A DNA stretch of 64,000 bases from Eledone cirrhosa (taxonomy: Eukaryota), in NCBI GenBank assembly GCA_964016885.1, contig OZ024742.1, forward strand, positions 344,658,001 to 344,722,000. Reading direction: 5' to 3'. This document shows, in pieces, positions 36,836 through 50,800 of the stretch. Each line of letters starts with the position of its first letter. Position 1 is the first letter of the stretch. Both the position numbers and the translations under genes were made by a program. The notes below the pieces were generated by a model that made no database searches, was not told the DNA's origin, and saw only the letters and a program-made list of their open reading frames with translations.

Positions 36836-37583
36836 TCTGTACCTTTTCTCACTGTGCCTAACATAGAAACAATTATTACATAATACAATATATTCTTACT
36901 TTATATCACCTTGAAAAAATCCTTCGTAAACATAAACATTTTTTTTTTATGTTAGATTATTCATCCTCTATCCATTATTTTTTCTCACTTTCATCTAACT
37001 TATTCATGCTCATCTCTCAATATATCCTTACTTACATTACTTTTGTTTTTTTAATAATACATATCAAGATTTTCTTTCCATCGTACATATTATTAAACCC
37101 TTAAATATTATTCTTAATACATATTAACATTTTCTTTCCATCGCACATATTATTAAACCCTTAAATATTATTCTTAATACATATTAACAATTTCTTTTCA
37201 TCGCACATATTATTAAACCCTTCAATATACAAACCTTAACTTTACATTATTTTTCTCTTCGTTAATTTTCAAATTCTTTTAATTTATACATTATCTTCCA
37301 ACGGTTTTTCAACCTCTCTATGTAAAACAATATATTTTTCTCAGTTATAAAAGCTATCTCTCTCTCTCTATCACCCATCTCTCCTCCTATCTCATCCTTC
37401 CTCATTATACTCCTCCCCCTCCACTTTTTACTCTCATCTCCTCCTCTTTTTCATCCTTTCCACCCCCCCCCCTCAAAAAAACATTTTTTCCCCAATATCA
37501 CACATCAATCTAAAACTACTTTTCATATGTTGATTTAAAACTGCACTATCCACAAGTGTTTTTAACCTTCATATCTTGTCTTC

Positions 37584-37656
37584 CTATTTTATCTGATGAA
37601 AACACAAATGTTATTACATGATGATATTTGTTTTTGAAATGCGCATAATAAAATAG
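37584..37656 (+). ncRNA. Type I hammerhead (right arm)
   Basis: ctattttat-CTGATGA-...-GAAA-tgcgca-TA-ataaaatag. Confidence 0.85.
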
Positions 37657-37685
37657 ATGGAACTCATTTAACCATCTTTTGATCT

Positions 37686-37730
<45 letters not shown>

Positions 37731-37735
<5 letters not shown>

Positions 37736-37787
37736 GTAAGTATGTATGTATACGTATATACATATATGTATACAGACGTACAGTAGC

Positions 37788-37834
<47 letters not shown>

Positions 37835-38468
37835 CATGCAGGTACACATACATATATGCACGCATCAGTTTAGCAGACGCTTATTATAGCGCCGCTTTGT
37901 TCGTTTGTCAACAAACTGAACAGCCTGAATTTATGCCATACGGTGTTAAGGCAACCACGTCACCTTTTTGTTCAACACTGACACAGGAACGATGTACTAG
38001 TTTCAAGCTTGTTAGCTATCATCAGCACCGTTTACCCATCTGCCAGATAGTTGAACGTTCGAAAGTATATACTTTCCTTATGAAAATTAACGGCTGAGCA
38101 GCCTAATTTGCATATTGAGTGAGTTAAATCGGTCAGGCATACCGAAAACGATAAGTTGAAAAAAATGAAAACGAAAAACGAAATTCCATTCTCACTCTTA
38201 GTATGGCACTTACTTAAATGTAAGTATGTATGTATACGTACATACATATATGTATACAGACGTACAGTAGCATGTATATATATATATATATATATATACA
38301 TACATGCAGGTACACATACATATATGCACGCATCAGTTTAGCAGACGCTTATTATAGCGCCGCTTTGTTCGTTTGTCAACAAACTGAACAGCCTGAATTT
38401 ATGCCATACGGCGCTATAATAAGCGTCTGTTAAACTGATACTTGCATATATGTATGTGTACCTGCATG

Positions 38469-38503
<35 letters not shown>

Positions 38504-38625
38504 GCTATTGTACGTCTGTATACATATATGTATGTACGTATACATACATACTTACATTTAAGTAAGTGCCATACTAAGAGTGAGAAATGAAATTTCGTTT
38601 TTCGTTTTCATTTTTTTCAACTTAT
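37731..38625. mobile_element. Tandem + inverted repeat element in (TA)n, PLE-like architecture; homologue at ~7463-7652
   Basis: 37731-37943 is repeated at ~38215-38411, and 38410-38625 is inverted against 38150-38361. Confidence 0.65.
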
Positions 38626-38669
38626 ATATATATACGTATATAACTAAAGTTAAATACATTATTTAATTG

Positions 38670-38731
38670 ATGTACACATGTTTCATACAGAAGGGGGTAG
38701 CATTCTATTCCAATGTATGGATTTCATCAGC

Positions 38732-38733
<2 letters not shown>
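38670..38733 (-). ncRNA. Type I hammerhead ribozyme
   Basis: atg-CTGATGA-[39 nt, ataca/tgtat]-GAAA-catgtg-TA-cat. Confidence 0.68.
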
Positions 38734-38766
<33 letters not shown>

Positions 38767-38796
38767 CAGTTTCTATATTAAATATATATATATATA

Positions 38797-38920
38797 CAAT
38801 GGCGGACTGGCCAGGTTGCCAGGTTGGCCAATGGCAAGTGGGCCCCAGGGGCCCCACGGTAATTTTGCGAGAGCCACAGTAGCATTGCAGGGCCCACTGT
38901 ATTACTTTAGGGGCCAATGC
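38797..38920 (+). mobile_element. Possible end of a DNA transposon/MITE (hAT-like)
   Basis: Starts caatggcggactggcc with subterminal gggccc repeats; no partner TIR found. Confidence 0.35.
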
Positions 38921-39333
38921 TTTGCTTTAAAAAAAACCCTGAAATCTAAGAGAAAGAATAAAATTAAAAAAAGTATAAATAAAACAATTAAGCAAAACAT
39001 TTGGTCAACCAATTCCCCTGGGAATTATTAGAAACCAAAATATATGATAGTGCAAGTAACAAGTAGCTGGAATCAGTCGTTGTACATTCTACTAAATTTA
39101 AAGCTTAGTGTATTCATCCATGCATGTAAACATACATATATAGACACAGACACACAAGTATATATATATATATATATATATAAGAATTAAAATACTCGTG
39201 TGTGTTGGAGTTAAACACCCTCTTCATATTATAGAAATGACAGTATAATATATAGCTCAATGTAATTAAACAGAGCCGAAGAATTATAAAAAATAAACCA
39301 AAGAAGCCTTCAATACATCAAAAGTCTTTATTA

Positions 39334-39371
39334 GCCAACAGTGTTTCGTCCTATTAAGGACTCATCAGGGC
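39334..39371 (-). ncRNA. Canonical minimal hammerhead
   Basis: Reverse complement of 39894-39931. Confidence 0.88.
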
Positions 39372-39893
39372 AAGTAAAGCTACAAGAAGCACTATCGGCC
39401 AATACAAGCCAAAAACTCAGAAGAATATGGAGTATACATCTATTAAGGCTTAGGAAAAGTTGGCTAAGATTAAGAGTGAGCAGTTACAAACATAGATATG
39501 GACCAAATAGCAAGTATTTCTAGAGGGGATGGGAATATTCTTCAGAGATAAAGGCAGGTAGCTCTTTGTTAGCATACTGTCAGATATATATAAAGGCCAA
39601 AACACCAGTATATAGGAAGAAGCTCAACCAATCGGGAGCCGTAACAAGAATTAAAATACTAGAGTGTGTTGGAGTTAAACACCCTCTTCATAAGATATAG
39701 CTCAATGTAAAGAATATTCCCATCCCCTCTAGAAATGCTTCCTATTTGGTCCATATCTATGTTTGTAACTGCTCACTCTTAATCTTAGCCAACTTTTCCT
39801 TGATATCTTTCCTAAGCCTTAATAGATGTATACTCCATATTCTTCTGAGTTTTTGGCTTGTATTGGCCGATAGTGCTTCTTGTAGCTTTACTT

Positions 39894-39931
39894 GCCCTGA
39901 TGAGTCCTTAATAGGACGAAACACTGTTGGC
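39894..39931 (+). ncRNA. Canonical minimal hammerhead
   Basis: gcc-CTGATGA-gtcc-ttaata-ggac-GAAA-cactg-TT-ggc, then AATAAA. Confidence 0.88.
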
Positions 39932-39991
39932 TAATAAAGACTTTTGATGTATTGAAGGCTTCTTTGGTTTATTTTTTATAATTTTTTTATA

Positions 39992-40942
<951 letters not shown>

Positions 40943-41073
40943 CGAAGGAAAAGTGGTAAGGAACCAGGTGGACCATAACGCACCAAAGTACTCAATACTT
41001 AGGGTAGTAGAGTGGGTAATAGGAGTAAGTAAGACCCCGACGGCTGAACTCAAGCCGTTTCGACGGCTAATTC

Positions 41074-41505
<432 letters not shown>

Positions 41506-41843
41506 GACTTAGGTGGTTAATGCCTTCTTAACCAATTTTTCAGTTTGTATGGCGTTTTAACATATTCTTTAGCTCTGTTTTTTTTTTAACTATTGAGCGC
41601 TTGCCTGCATTTCTACGATTTTGCGTTTCGTTTCGCTTTTTCTACCAGCCGAAATACGATTCTCGCTAAATTATATTTGTATTAACCTCTTAATAACTCT
41701 ATTGAGAGATTAATTGCATAAGTTTATTATTAAAAACTACCTGGTTGAGTGCTTATTCGATTTGTGCTATCTATGCAATTTTTTGTATAATATACACATA
41801 CTGAATTCTTTTGCCAAAATATGGGTAACTTCCCCTTGTGACT

Positions 41844-44800
41844 TACTTAATACTGTTAGTAGACTTCCGGGAATTTAGGAACCCTGGTATACATGTTAAT
41901 ATTGTTAGTAAACTTCCAGGAAGTTAGGGAACCATGGTATCCTTGTTAATACTGTTAGTAGACTTCCGGGAAGTTAGGGAACCCTGGTATACTTGTTAAT
42001 ACTGTTAGTAGACATCCAGGAAGGTAGGGAACCCTTGTATACTTGTTAATACTGTTAGTAGACTTCCAGGAAATTAGGGAACCCTTGTATACTTCTTAAT
42101 ACTGTTAGTAGACTTCCAGGAAGTTAGGGAACCCTGGCATACTTGTTAATACTGTTAGTAGAATTCCAGGAAGTTAGGGAACCCTGGTATACTAGTTAAT
42201 ACTGTTAGTAGACTTCCAGGAAGTTAGGGAACCCTGGTATACTTGTTAATACTGTTAGTAGACTTCCAGGAAGTTAGGGAACCCTGGTATACATGTTAAT
42301 ACTGTTAGTAGACTTTCAGGAAGCAAGGGAACTTTGTATACTTGTTAATACTGTTAGTAGACTTCCAGGAAGTTAGGGAATCCTGGTATACTTGTTAATA
42401 CTGTTAGTAGACTTCCAGGAAGTTAGGGAAACCTGGTATACTTGTTAATACTGTTAGTAGACTTCCAGGAAGATAGGGAACCCTGGTATACTAGTTAATA
42501 CTGTTAGTAGACTTCCAGAAAGTTAGGGAACTCTGGTATACTTGTTAATACTGTTAGTAGAGTGCCAGGAAGTTAGGGAACCCTTGTATACTTGTTAATA
42601 CGGTTAGTAGACTTCCAGGAAGGTAGGGATCCCTGGTATACTTGTTAATACTGTTAGTAGACTTCAAAGAAGCTAGGGGACTCTGGTATACTTTGTAATA
42701 CTGTTAGTAGACTTCCAGGAAGCTAGGGAACCCCGGTATACTTGTTAATACTGTTAGTAGACTTTCATGAAGATAGGGAACCCTGGTATACTTGTTAATA
42801 CTGTTAGTAGGCTACCAGGAAGTTAGGGAACCATGGTATACTTGTCAATACTGTTAGTAGACTTCCAGGAAGTTAAGGAACCATGGTATACTTGTTAATA
42901 CTGTTTGTAGACTTCCGGGAAGTTAGGGAACCATGGTATACTTGTGAATACTGTTAGTAGACTTCCGGGAAGTTAGGGAACCCTGATATACTTGTTAATA
43001 CTGTTAGTAGACTTTCAGGAAGGTGGGGAGCCCTGGTATACTTGTTAATACTGTTAGTAGATTTCCAGGAAGCTAGAGAACCATGGTATACTTGTTAATA
43101 CTGTTAGTAGACTTCCAGGAAGTTGGCGAGCCCTGGTATACTTGTTAATACTGTTAGTAGACTTCCAGGAAGTTGGGGAGCCCTGGTATACTTGTTAATA
43201 CTGTTAGTAGACTTTCAGGAAGTTAGGGACCCATGGTATCCATGTTAATACTGTTAGTAGACTTCCAGTAAGTTAAGGAACCCTGGTATACTTGTTAATA
43301 CTGTTAGTAGACTTCCAGGAAGCTAGAGAACCCTGGTATACTTGTTAATACTATTAGTAGACTTCCAGGAAGTTGGCGAGCCCTGGTATCCTTGTTAATA
43401 CTGTTAGTAGACTTCCAGGAAGTTAGGAACCCTGGTATACTTGTTAATACTGTTAGTAGACTTCCAGGAAGCTAGAGAACCATGGTATACATGTTAATAC
43501 TGTTAGTAGTCTTCCAGGAAGTTGGCGAGCCCTGGTATACTTGTTAATACTGTTAGTAGACTTCCAGGAAGTTGGGGAGCCCTGGTATACTTGTTAATAC
43601 TGTTAGTAGACTTCCAGGAATCTAGGGAACCATGGTTTACTTGTTAATACTGTTAGTAGACTTCGAGGAAGGTAGACTACCCTGATATACTTGTTAATAT
43701 TGTTAGTAGACTTCCAGGAAGTTGGGCAGCCCTGGTATACTTGTTAATACTGTTAGTAGACTTCCAGGAAGGTTGGGAACCCTGGTATACTTGTTAATAC
43801 TGTTAGTAGACTTCCAGGAAGTTAGGGAACCCTGGTATACTTGTTAATACTGTTAGTAGACTTCCAGGAAGATAGGGAACCATGGTATACTTGTTAATAC
43901 TGTTAGTAGACTTCCAGGAAGTTAGGGAATCCTGGTATACTTGTTAATACTGATAAAGACTTCCAGGAAGTTGGGGAACCCTGGTATACTTGTTAATATT
44001 GTTAGTAGTCTTCCAGCAAGTTACGGAAAACTGGTATACTAGTTAATACACTTAGTAGACTTCCAGGAAGTTGGGGAACCATGGTATACTTGTTAATAGT
44101 GTTAGTAGACTTCCAGGAAGTTGGGGAACCCTGGTATACTTGTTAATACTGTTAGTAGACTTCCGGGAAGTTAAGGACCCTGGTATACTTGTTAATATTG
44201 TTAGTAGACTTCCAGGAAGCTCGGGAACCCTGGTATACTTGTTAATACTGTTAGTAGACTTTCAGTAAGTTAGGGAACCCTTGTATACTTGTTAATACTG
44301 TTAGTAGATTTCCGGGAAGTTAGGGAACCATGGTATACTTGTTAATACTGTTAGTAGACTTTCAGGAAGCTAGGAAACCCTGGTAAACTTGTTAATGCTG
44401 TTAGTAGACTTTCATGAAGCTAGGGAACCCTGGTATACTTGTTAATACTGTTAGTAGACCTCCAGGAAGTTAGGGAACCATGGTATACTTGTTAATAGTG
44501 TTAGTAGATTTCCAGGAAGTTAGGGAACCATGGCATACTTGTTAATACTGTTAGTAGACTTCCAGGAAGGTAGGGAACCCTGGTATACTTGTTAATACTG
44601 TTAGTAGACTTCCAGGAAGTTAGGGAACCATGGTATACTTTTTAATACTGTTAGTAGATTTCCAGGAAGTTAGGGAACCATGGTATACTTGTTAATAATG
44701 TTAGTAAACTTTCAGGAAGCTAGGGAACCCTGGTATACTTGTTAATACTGTTAGTAGACTTCTAGGAAGCTAGGAAACCCTGGTAAACTTGTCAATACTG

Positions 44801-47800
44801 TTAGTAGATTTCCAGGATGTTAGGGAACCCTGGTATACTTGTTAATACTGTTAGTAGACTTCCAGGAAGTTAGGAAACCCTGGTATACTTGTTAATACTG
44901 TTAGTAGACTTCCAGGAATCTAGGGAACCCTGGCATACTTGTTAATACTGTTAGTAGACTTCCGGGAAGTTAGGGAACTCTGGTATACTTTTTGATACTG
45001 TTAGTAGACTTTCAGGAATTTAGCGAACCCTGGTATACTTGTTAATACTGTTAGTAGACTTTCATGAAGCTAGGGAACCCTGGTATACTTGTTAATACTG
45101 TTAGTAGACTTCCAGGAAGTTAGGGAACCATGGTATACTTGTTAATAATGTTAGTAGACTTTCATGAAGCTAGGGAACGCTGGTATACATGTTAATACCC
45201 TTAGTAGACTTCCGGGAATTTAGGGAACCTGGTATACTTGTTGATACTGTTAGTAGACTTACAGGAAGTTAGAGAACCCTGGTATACTTGTTAATACTGT
45301 TAGTAGACTTCCAGGAATTTAGGGAACCATGGTATACTTGTTAATACTGTTAGTAGATTTACAGGAAGTTAGGGAACCAAGGTTTACTTGTTAATACTGT
45401 TAGTAGATTTCCAGGAAGTTAGGGAACCATGGTATACTTGTTAATACTGTTAGTAGACTTCCAGGAAGTTAGGGAACCATGGTATACTTGTTAATACTGT
45501 TAGTAGATTTCCAGGAAGTTAGGGAACCATGGTATACTTGTTAATACTGTTAGTAGACTTTCAGAAAGCTAAGGAACCCTGGTATACTTGTTAATACTGT
45601 TAGTAGACTTTCAGGAAGCTAGGAAACCCTGGTACACTTGTTAATACCGTTAGTAGACTTCCGGAAAGTTGGGGAACCATGGTATACTTGTTAATACTAT
45701 TAGTAGACTTCCAGGAAGTTGGGGAACCCTGGTATACTTGTAAATACTATTAGTAGACTTCCGGGAAGTTAGGGAACCCTGGTATACTTGTTAATATTGT
45801 TAGCAGACTTCCAGGAAGCTCGGGAACCCTGGTATACTTGTTAATACTGTTCGTAGACTTTCAGGAAGCTAGGAAACCCTGGTATACTTGTTAATACTGT
45901 TAGTAGACTTCCGGGAATTTAGGGAACCTGGTATACTTGTTGATAATTGTTAGTAGACTTACAGGAAGTTAGGGAACCCTGGTATACTTGTTAATACTGT
46001 TAGTAGATTTCATGAAGCTAGGGAACCCTAGTATACTTGCTAATACTGTTAGTAGACTTCCAGGAATTTAGGAAACCCTGGTATACTTGTTAATATTGTT
46101 AGTAGACTTCCAGCAAGTTAGGGAACCCTGGTATACTTGTAAATACTATTAGTAGACTTCCGGGAAGTTAGGGAACCCTGCTATACTTGTTAATACTGTT
46201 AGTACATTTCAAGGAAGTTAGGGAACCATGGTATACTTGTTAATACTGTTAGTAGATTTTCAGGAAGCTAGGGTACCCTGGTATACTTGTTAATACTGTT
46301 CGTAGACTTTCAGTAAGTTAGGGAACCCTGGTATACTTGTTAATACTGTTAGTACATTTCAAGGAAATTAGGGAACCATGGTATACTTGTTAATACTGTT
46401 AGTAGATTTTCAGGAAGCTAGGGAACCATGGTATACTTGTTAATACTGTTAGTAGACTTTCAGGAAGCTAAGGAACCCTGGTATACTTGTTAATACTGTT
46501 AGTAGACTTTCAGGAAGCTAGGAAACCCTGGTATACTTGTTAATACCGTTACTAGACTTCCGGGAATTTAGGGCCCCTGGTATACTTGTTGATACTGTTA
46601 GTAGACTTCCAGGAAGTTAGCGAACCCTGGTATACTTGTTAATACTGTTAGTAGATTTGATAAAGCTAGGGAACCCTGGTATACTTGTTAATACTGTTAG
46701 TAGACTTTCAGGAAGCTAGGGAACACTGGTATACTTGTTAACACTGTTAGTAGACTTCCATGAAGTTAGGGAACCCTGGTATACTTGTTAATACTGTTAG
46801 TAGATTTCCAGGAAGTTAGGGAACCCTGGTATAATTGTTAATACTATTAGTAGACTTCCAGGAAGTTGGGGAACCCTGGTATACTTGTAAATAATGTTAG
46901 TAGACTACCGGGAAGTTAGGGAACCCTGGTATACTTGTTAATATTGTTAGCAGACTTCCAGGAAGCTCGGGAACCCTGGTATACTTGTTAATACTGTTAG
47001 TAGACTTCCAGGAAGCTAGAGAACCATGGTATACATGTTAATACTGTTAGTAGTCTTCCAGGAAGTTGGCGAGCCCTGGTATACTTGTTAATACTGTTAG
47101 TAGACTTCCAGGAAGTTGGGGAGCCCTGGTATACTTGTTAATACTGTTAGTAGACTTCCAGGAATCTAGGGAACCATGGTTTACTTGTTAATACTGTTAG
47201 TAGACTTCGAGGAAGGTAGACTACCCTGATATACTTGTTAATATTGTTAGTAGACTTCCAGGAAGTTGGGCAGCCCTGGTATACTTGTTAATACTGTTAG
47301 TAGACTTCCAGGAAGCTAGAGAACCATGGTATACTTGTTAATACTGTTAGTAGACTTCCAGGAAGTTGGGCAGCCCTGGTATACTTGTTAATACTGTTAG
47401 TAGACTTCCAGGAAGGTTGGGAACCCTGGTATACTTGTTAATACTGTTAGTAGACTTCCAGGAAGTTAGGGAATCCTGGTATACTTGTTAATACTGATAA
47501 AGACTTCCAGGAAGTTGGGGAACCCTGGTATACTTGTTAATATTGTTAGTAGTCTTCCAGCAAGTTAGGGAAAACTGGTATACTAGTTAATACACTTAGT
47601 AGACTTCCAGGAAGTTGGGGAACCATGGTATACTTGTTAATACTGTTAGTAGACTTCCAGGAAGTTGGGGAACCCTGGTATACTTGTTAATACTGTTAGT
47701 AGATTTCCGGGAAGTTAAGGACCCTGGTATACTTGTTAATATTGTTAGTAGACTTCCAGGAAGCTCGGGAACCCTGGTATACTTGTTAATACTGTTAGTA

Positions 47801-50800
47801 GACTTTCAGTAAGTTAGGGAACCCTTGTATACTTGTTAATACTGTTAGTAGATTTCCAGGAAGTTAGGGAACCATGGTATACTTGTTAATACTGTTAGTA
47901 GACTTTCAGGAAGCTAGGGAACCCTGGTAAACTTGTTAATGCTGTTAGTAGACTTTCAGGAAGCTAGGGAACCCTGGTATACTTGTTAATACTGTTAGTA
48001 GACTTCCAGGAAGTTAGGGAACCATGGTATACTTGTTAATACTGTTAGTAGATTTCCAGGAAGTTAGGGAACCATGGTATACTTGTTAATACTGTTAGTA
48101 GTCTTCCAGGAAGGTAGGGAACCCTGGTATACTTGTTAATACTGTTAGTAGACTTCCAGGAAGTTAGGGAACCATGGTATACTTTTTAATACTGTTAGTA
48201 GATTTCCAGGAAGTTAGGGAACCATGGTATACTTGTTAATAATGTTAGTAAACTTTCAGGAAGCTAGGGAACCCTGGTATACTTGTTAATACTGTTAGTA
48301 GACTTCTAGGAAGCTAGGAAACCCTGGTAAACTTGTCAATACTGTTAGTAGATTTCCAGGATGTTAGGGAACTCTGGTATACTTTTTGATACTGTTAGTA
48401 GACTTTCAGGAATTTAGCGAACGCTGGTATACTTGTTAATACTGTTAGTAGACTTTCATGAAGCTAGGGAACCCTGGTATACTTGTTAATACTGTTAGTA
48501 GACTTCCAGGAAGTTAGGGAACCATGGTATACTTGTTAATAATGTTAGTAGACTTTCATGAAGCTAGGGAACGCTGGTATACATGTTAATACCCTTAGTA
48601 GACTTCCGGGAATTTAGGGAACCTGGTATACTTGTTGATAATGTTAGTAGACTTACAGGAAGTTAGAGAACCCTGGTATACTTGTTAATACTGTTAGTAG
48701 ACTTCCAGGAATTTAGGGAACCATGGTATACTTGTTAATACTGTTAGTAGATTTACAGGAAGTTAGGGAACCATGGTATACTTGTTAAAACTGTTAGTAG
48801 ACTTCCAGGAAGTTAGGGAACCATGGTATACTTGTTAATACTGTTAGTAGATTTCCAGGAAGTTAGGGGACCATGGTATACTTGTTAATACTGTTAGTAG
48901 ACTTTCAGAAAGCTAATGAACCCTGGTATACTTGTTAATACTGTTAGTAGACTTTCAGGAAGCTAGGAAACCCTGGTACACTTGTTAATACCGTTAGTAG
49001 ACTTCCGGGAAGTTGGGGAACCATGGTATACTTGTTAATACTATTAGTAGACTTCCAGGAAGTTGGGGAACCCTGGTATACTTGTAAATACTATTAGTAG
49101 ACTTCCGGGAAGTTAGGGAACCCTGGTATACTTGTTAATATTGTTAGCAGACTTCCAGGAAGCTCGGGAACCCTGGTATACTTGTTAATACTGTTCGTAG
49201 ACTTTCAGGAAGCTAGGAAACCCTGGTATACTTGTTAATACTGTTAGTAGACTTCCGGGAATTTAGGGAACCTGGTATACTTGTTGATACTGTTAGTAGA
49301 CTTACAGGAAGTTAGGGAACCCTGGTATACTTGTTAATACTGTTAGTAGACTTCCAGCAAGTTAGGGAACCCTGGTATACTTGTAAATACTATTAGTAGA
49401 CTTCCGGGAAGTTAGGGAACCCTGCTATACTTGTTAATACTGTTAGTACATTTCAAGGAAGTTAGGGAACCATGGTATACTTGTTAATACTGTTAGTAGA
49501 TTTTCAGGAAGCTAGGGTACCCTGGTATACTTGTTAATACTGTTCGTAGACTTTCAGTAAGTTAGGGAACCTTGGTATACTTGTTAATACTGTTAGTTCA
49601 TTTCAAGGAAATTAGGGAACCATGGTATACTTGTTAATACTGTTAGTAGATTTTCAGGAAGCTAGGGAACCATGGTATACTTGTTAATACTGTTAGTAGA
49701 CTTTCAGGAAGCTAAGGAACCCTGGTATACTTGTTAATACTGTTAGTAGACTTTCAGGAAGCTAGGAAACCCTGGTATACTTGTTAATACCGTTACTAGA
49801 CTTCCGGGAATTTAGGGCCCCTGGTATACTTGTTGATACTGTTAGTAGACTTCCAGGAAGTTAGGGAACCCTGGTATAATTGTTAATACTGTTAGTAGAT
49901 TTGATAAAGCTAGGGAACCCTGGTATACTTGTTAATACTGTTAGTAGACTTTCAGGAAGCTAGGGAACACTGGTATACTTGTTAACACTGTTAGTAGACT
50001 TCCATGAAGTTAGGGAACCCTGGTATACTTGTTAATACTGTTAGTAGATTTCCAGGAAGTTAGGGAACCCTGGTATAATTGTTAATACTATTAGTAGCCT
50101 TCCAGGAAGTTGGGGAACCCTGGTATACTTGTAAATAATATTAGTAGACTACCGGGAAGTTAGGGAACCCTGGTATACTTGTTAATATTGTTAGCAGACT
50201 TCCAGGAAGCTCGGGAACCCTGGTATACTTGTTAATACTGTTAGTAGACTTTCAGTAAGTTAGGGAACCCTGGTATACTTGTTAATACTGTTAGTATATT
50301 TCAAGGAAGTTAGGGAACTCTAGGTATACTTTTTGATAATGTTAGTAGACTTTCAGGAAGTTAGCGAACCCTGGTATACTTGTTAATACTGTTAGTAGAC
50401 TTTCATGAAGCTAGGGAACCCTGGTATACTTGTTAATACTGTTAGTAGATTTCCAGGAAGTTAGGGAACCATGGTATACTTGTTAATACTGTTAGTAGAC
50501 TTTCAGGAAGCTAGGGAACCATGGTATACTTGTTAATACTGTTAGTAGACGTTCAGGAAGCTAGAAAACCCTGGTATACATGTTAATACTGTTAGTAGTC
50601 TTCCAGGAAGTTGGCGAGCCCTGGTATACTTGTTAATACTGTTAGTAGACTTCCAGGAATCTAGGGAACCATGGTTTACTTGTTAATACTGTTAGTAGAC
50701 TTCGAGGAAGGTAGACTACCCTGATATACTTGTTAATATTGTTAGTAGACTTCCAGGAAGTTGGGCAGCCCTGGTATACTTGTTAATACTGTTAGTAGAC

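Larger units (their letters stand above)
32828..37695. mobile_element. Head-to-head inverted PLE insertion (two 5'-truncated copies)
   Basis: 35633-37695 (+) is the reverse complement of ~32915-34972; junction near 35632; (TA)n on both flanks. Confidence 0.92.
39182..39985. mobile_element. Non-autonomous, internally deleted derivative of the 23067-27873 PLE family, with 5' inversion
   Basis: The minus unit 39182-39710 is 5' UTR + MLTKSYLPLSLKNIP fused to the pLTR; an inverted partial copy lies at 39711-39985. Confidence 0.85.

Noticed and set aside
38075-38560. Hammerhead-like CTGAGCA/CTGATGC sequences
   Set aside because: Core positions 8/9 are wrong, and there is no properly placed GAAA with stems I and III
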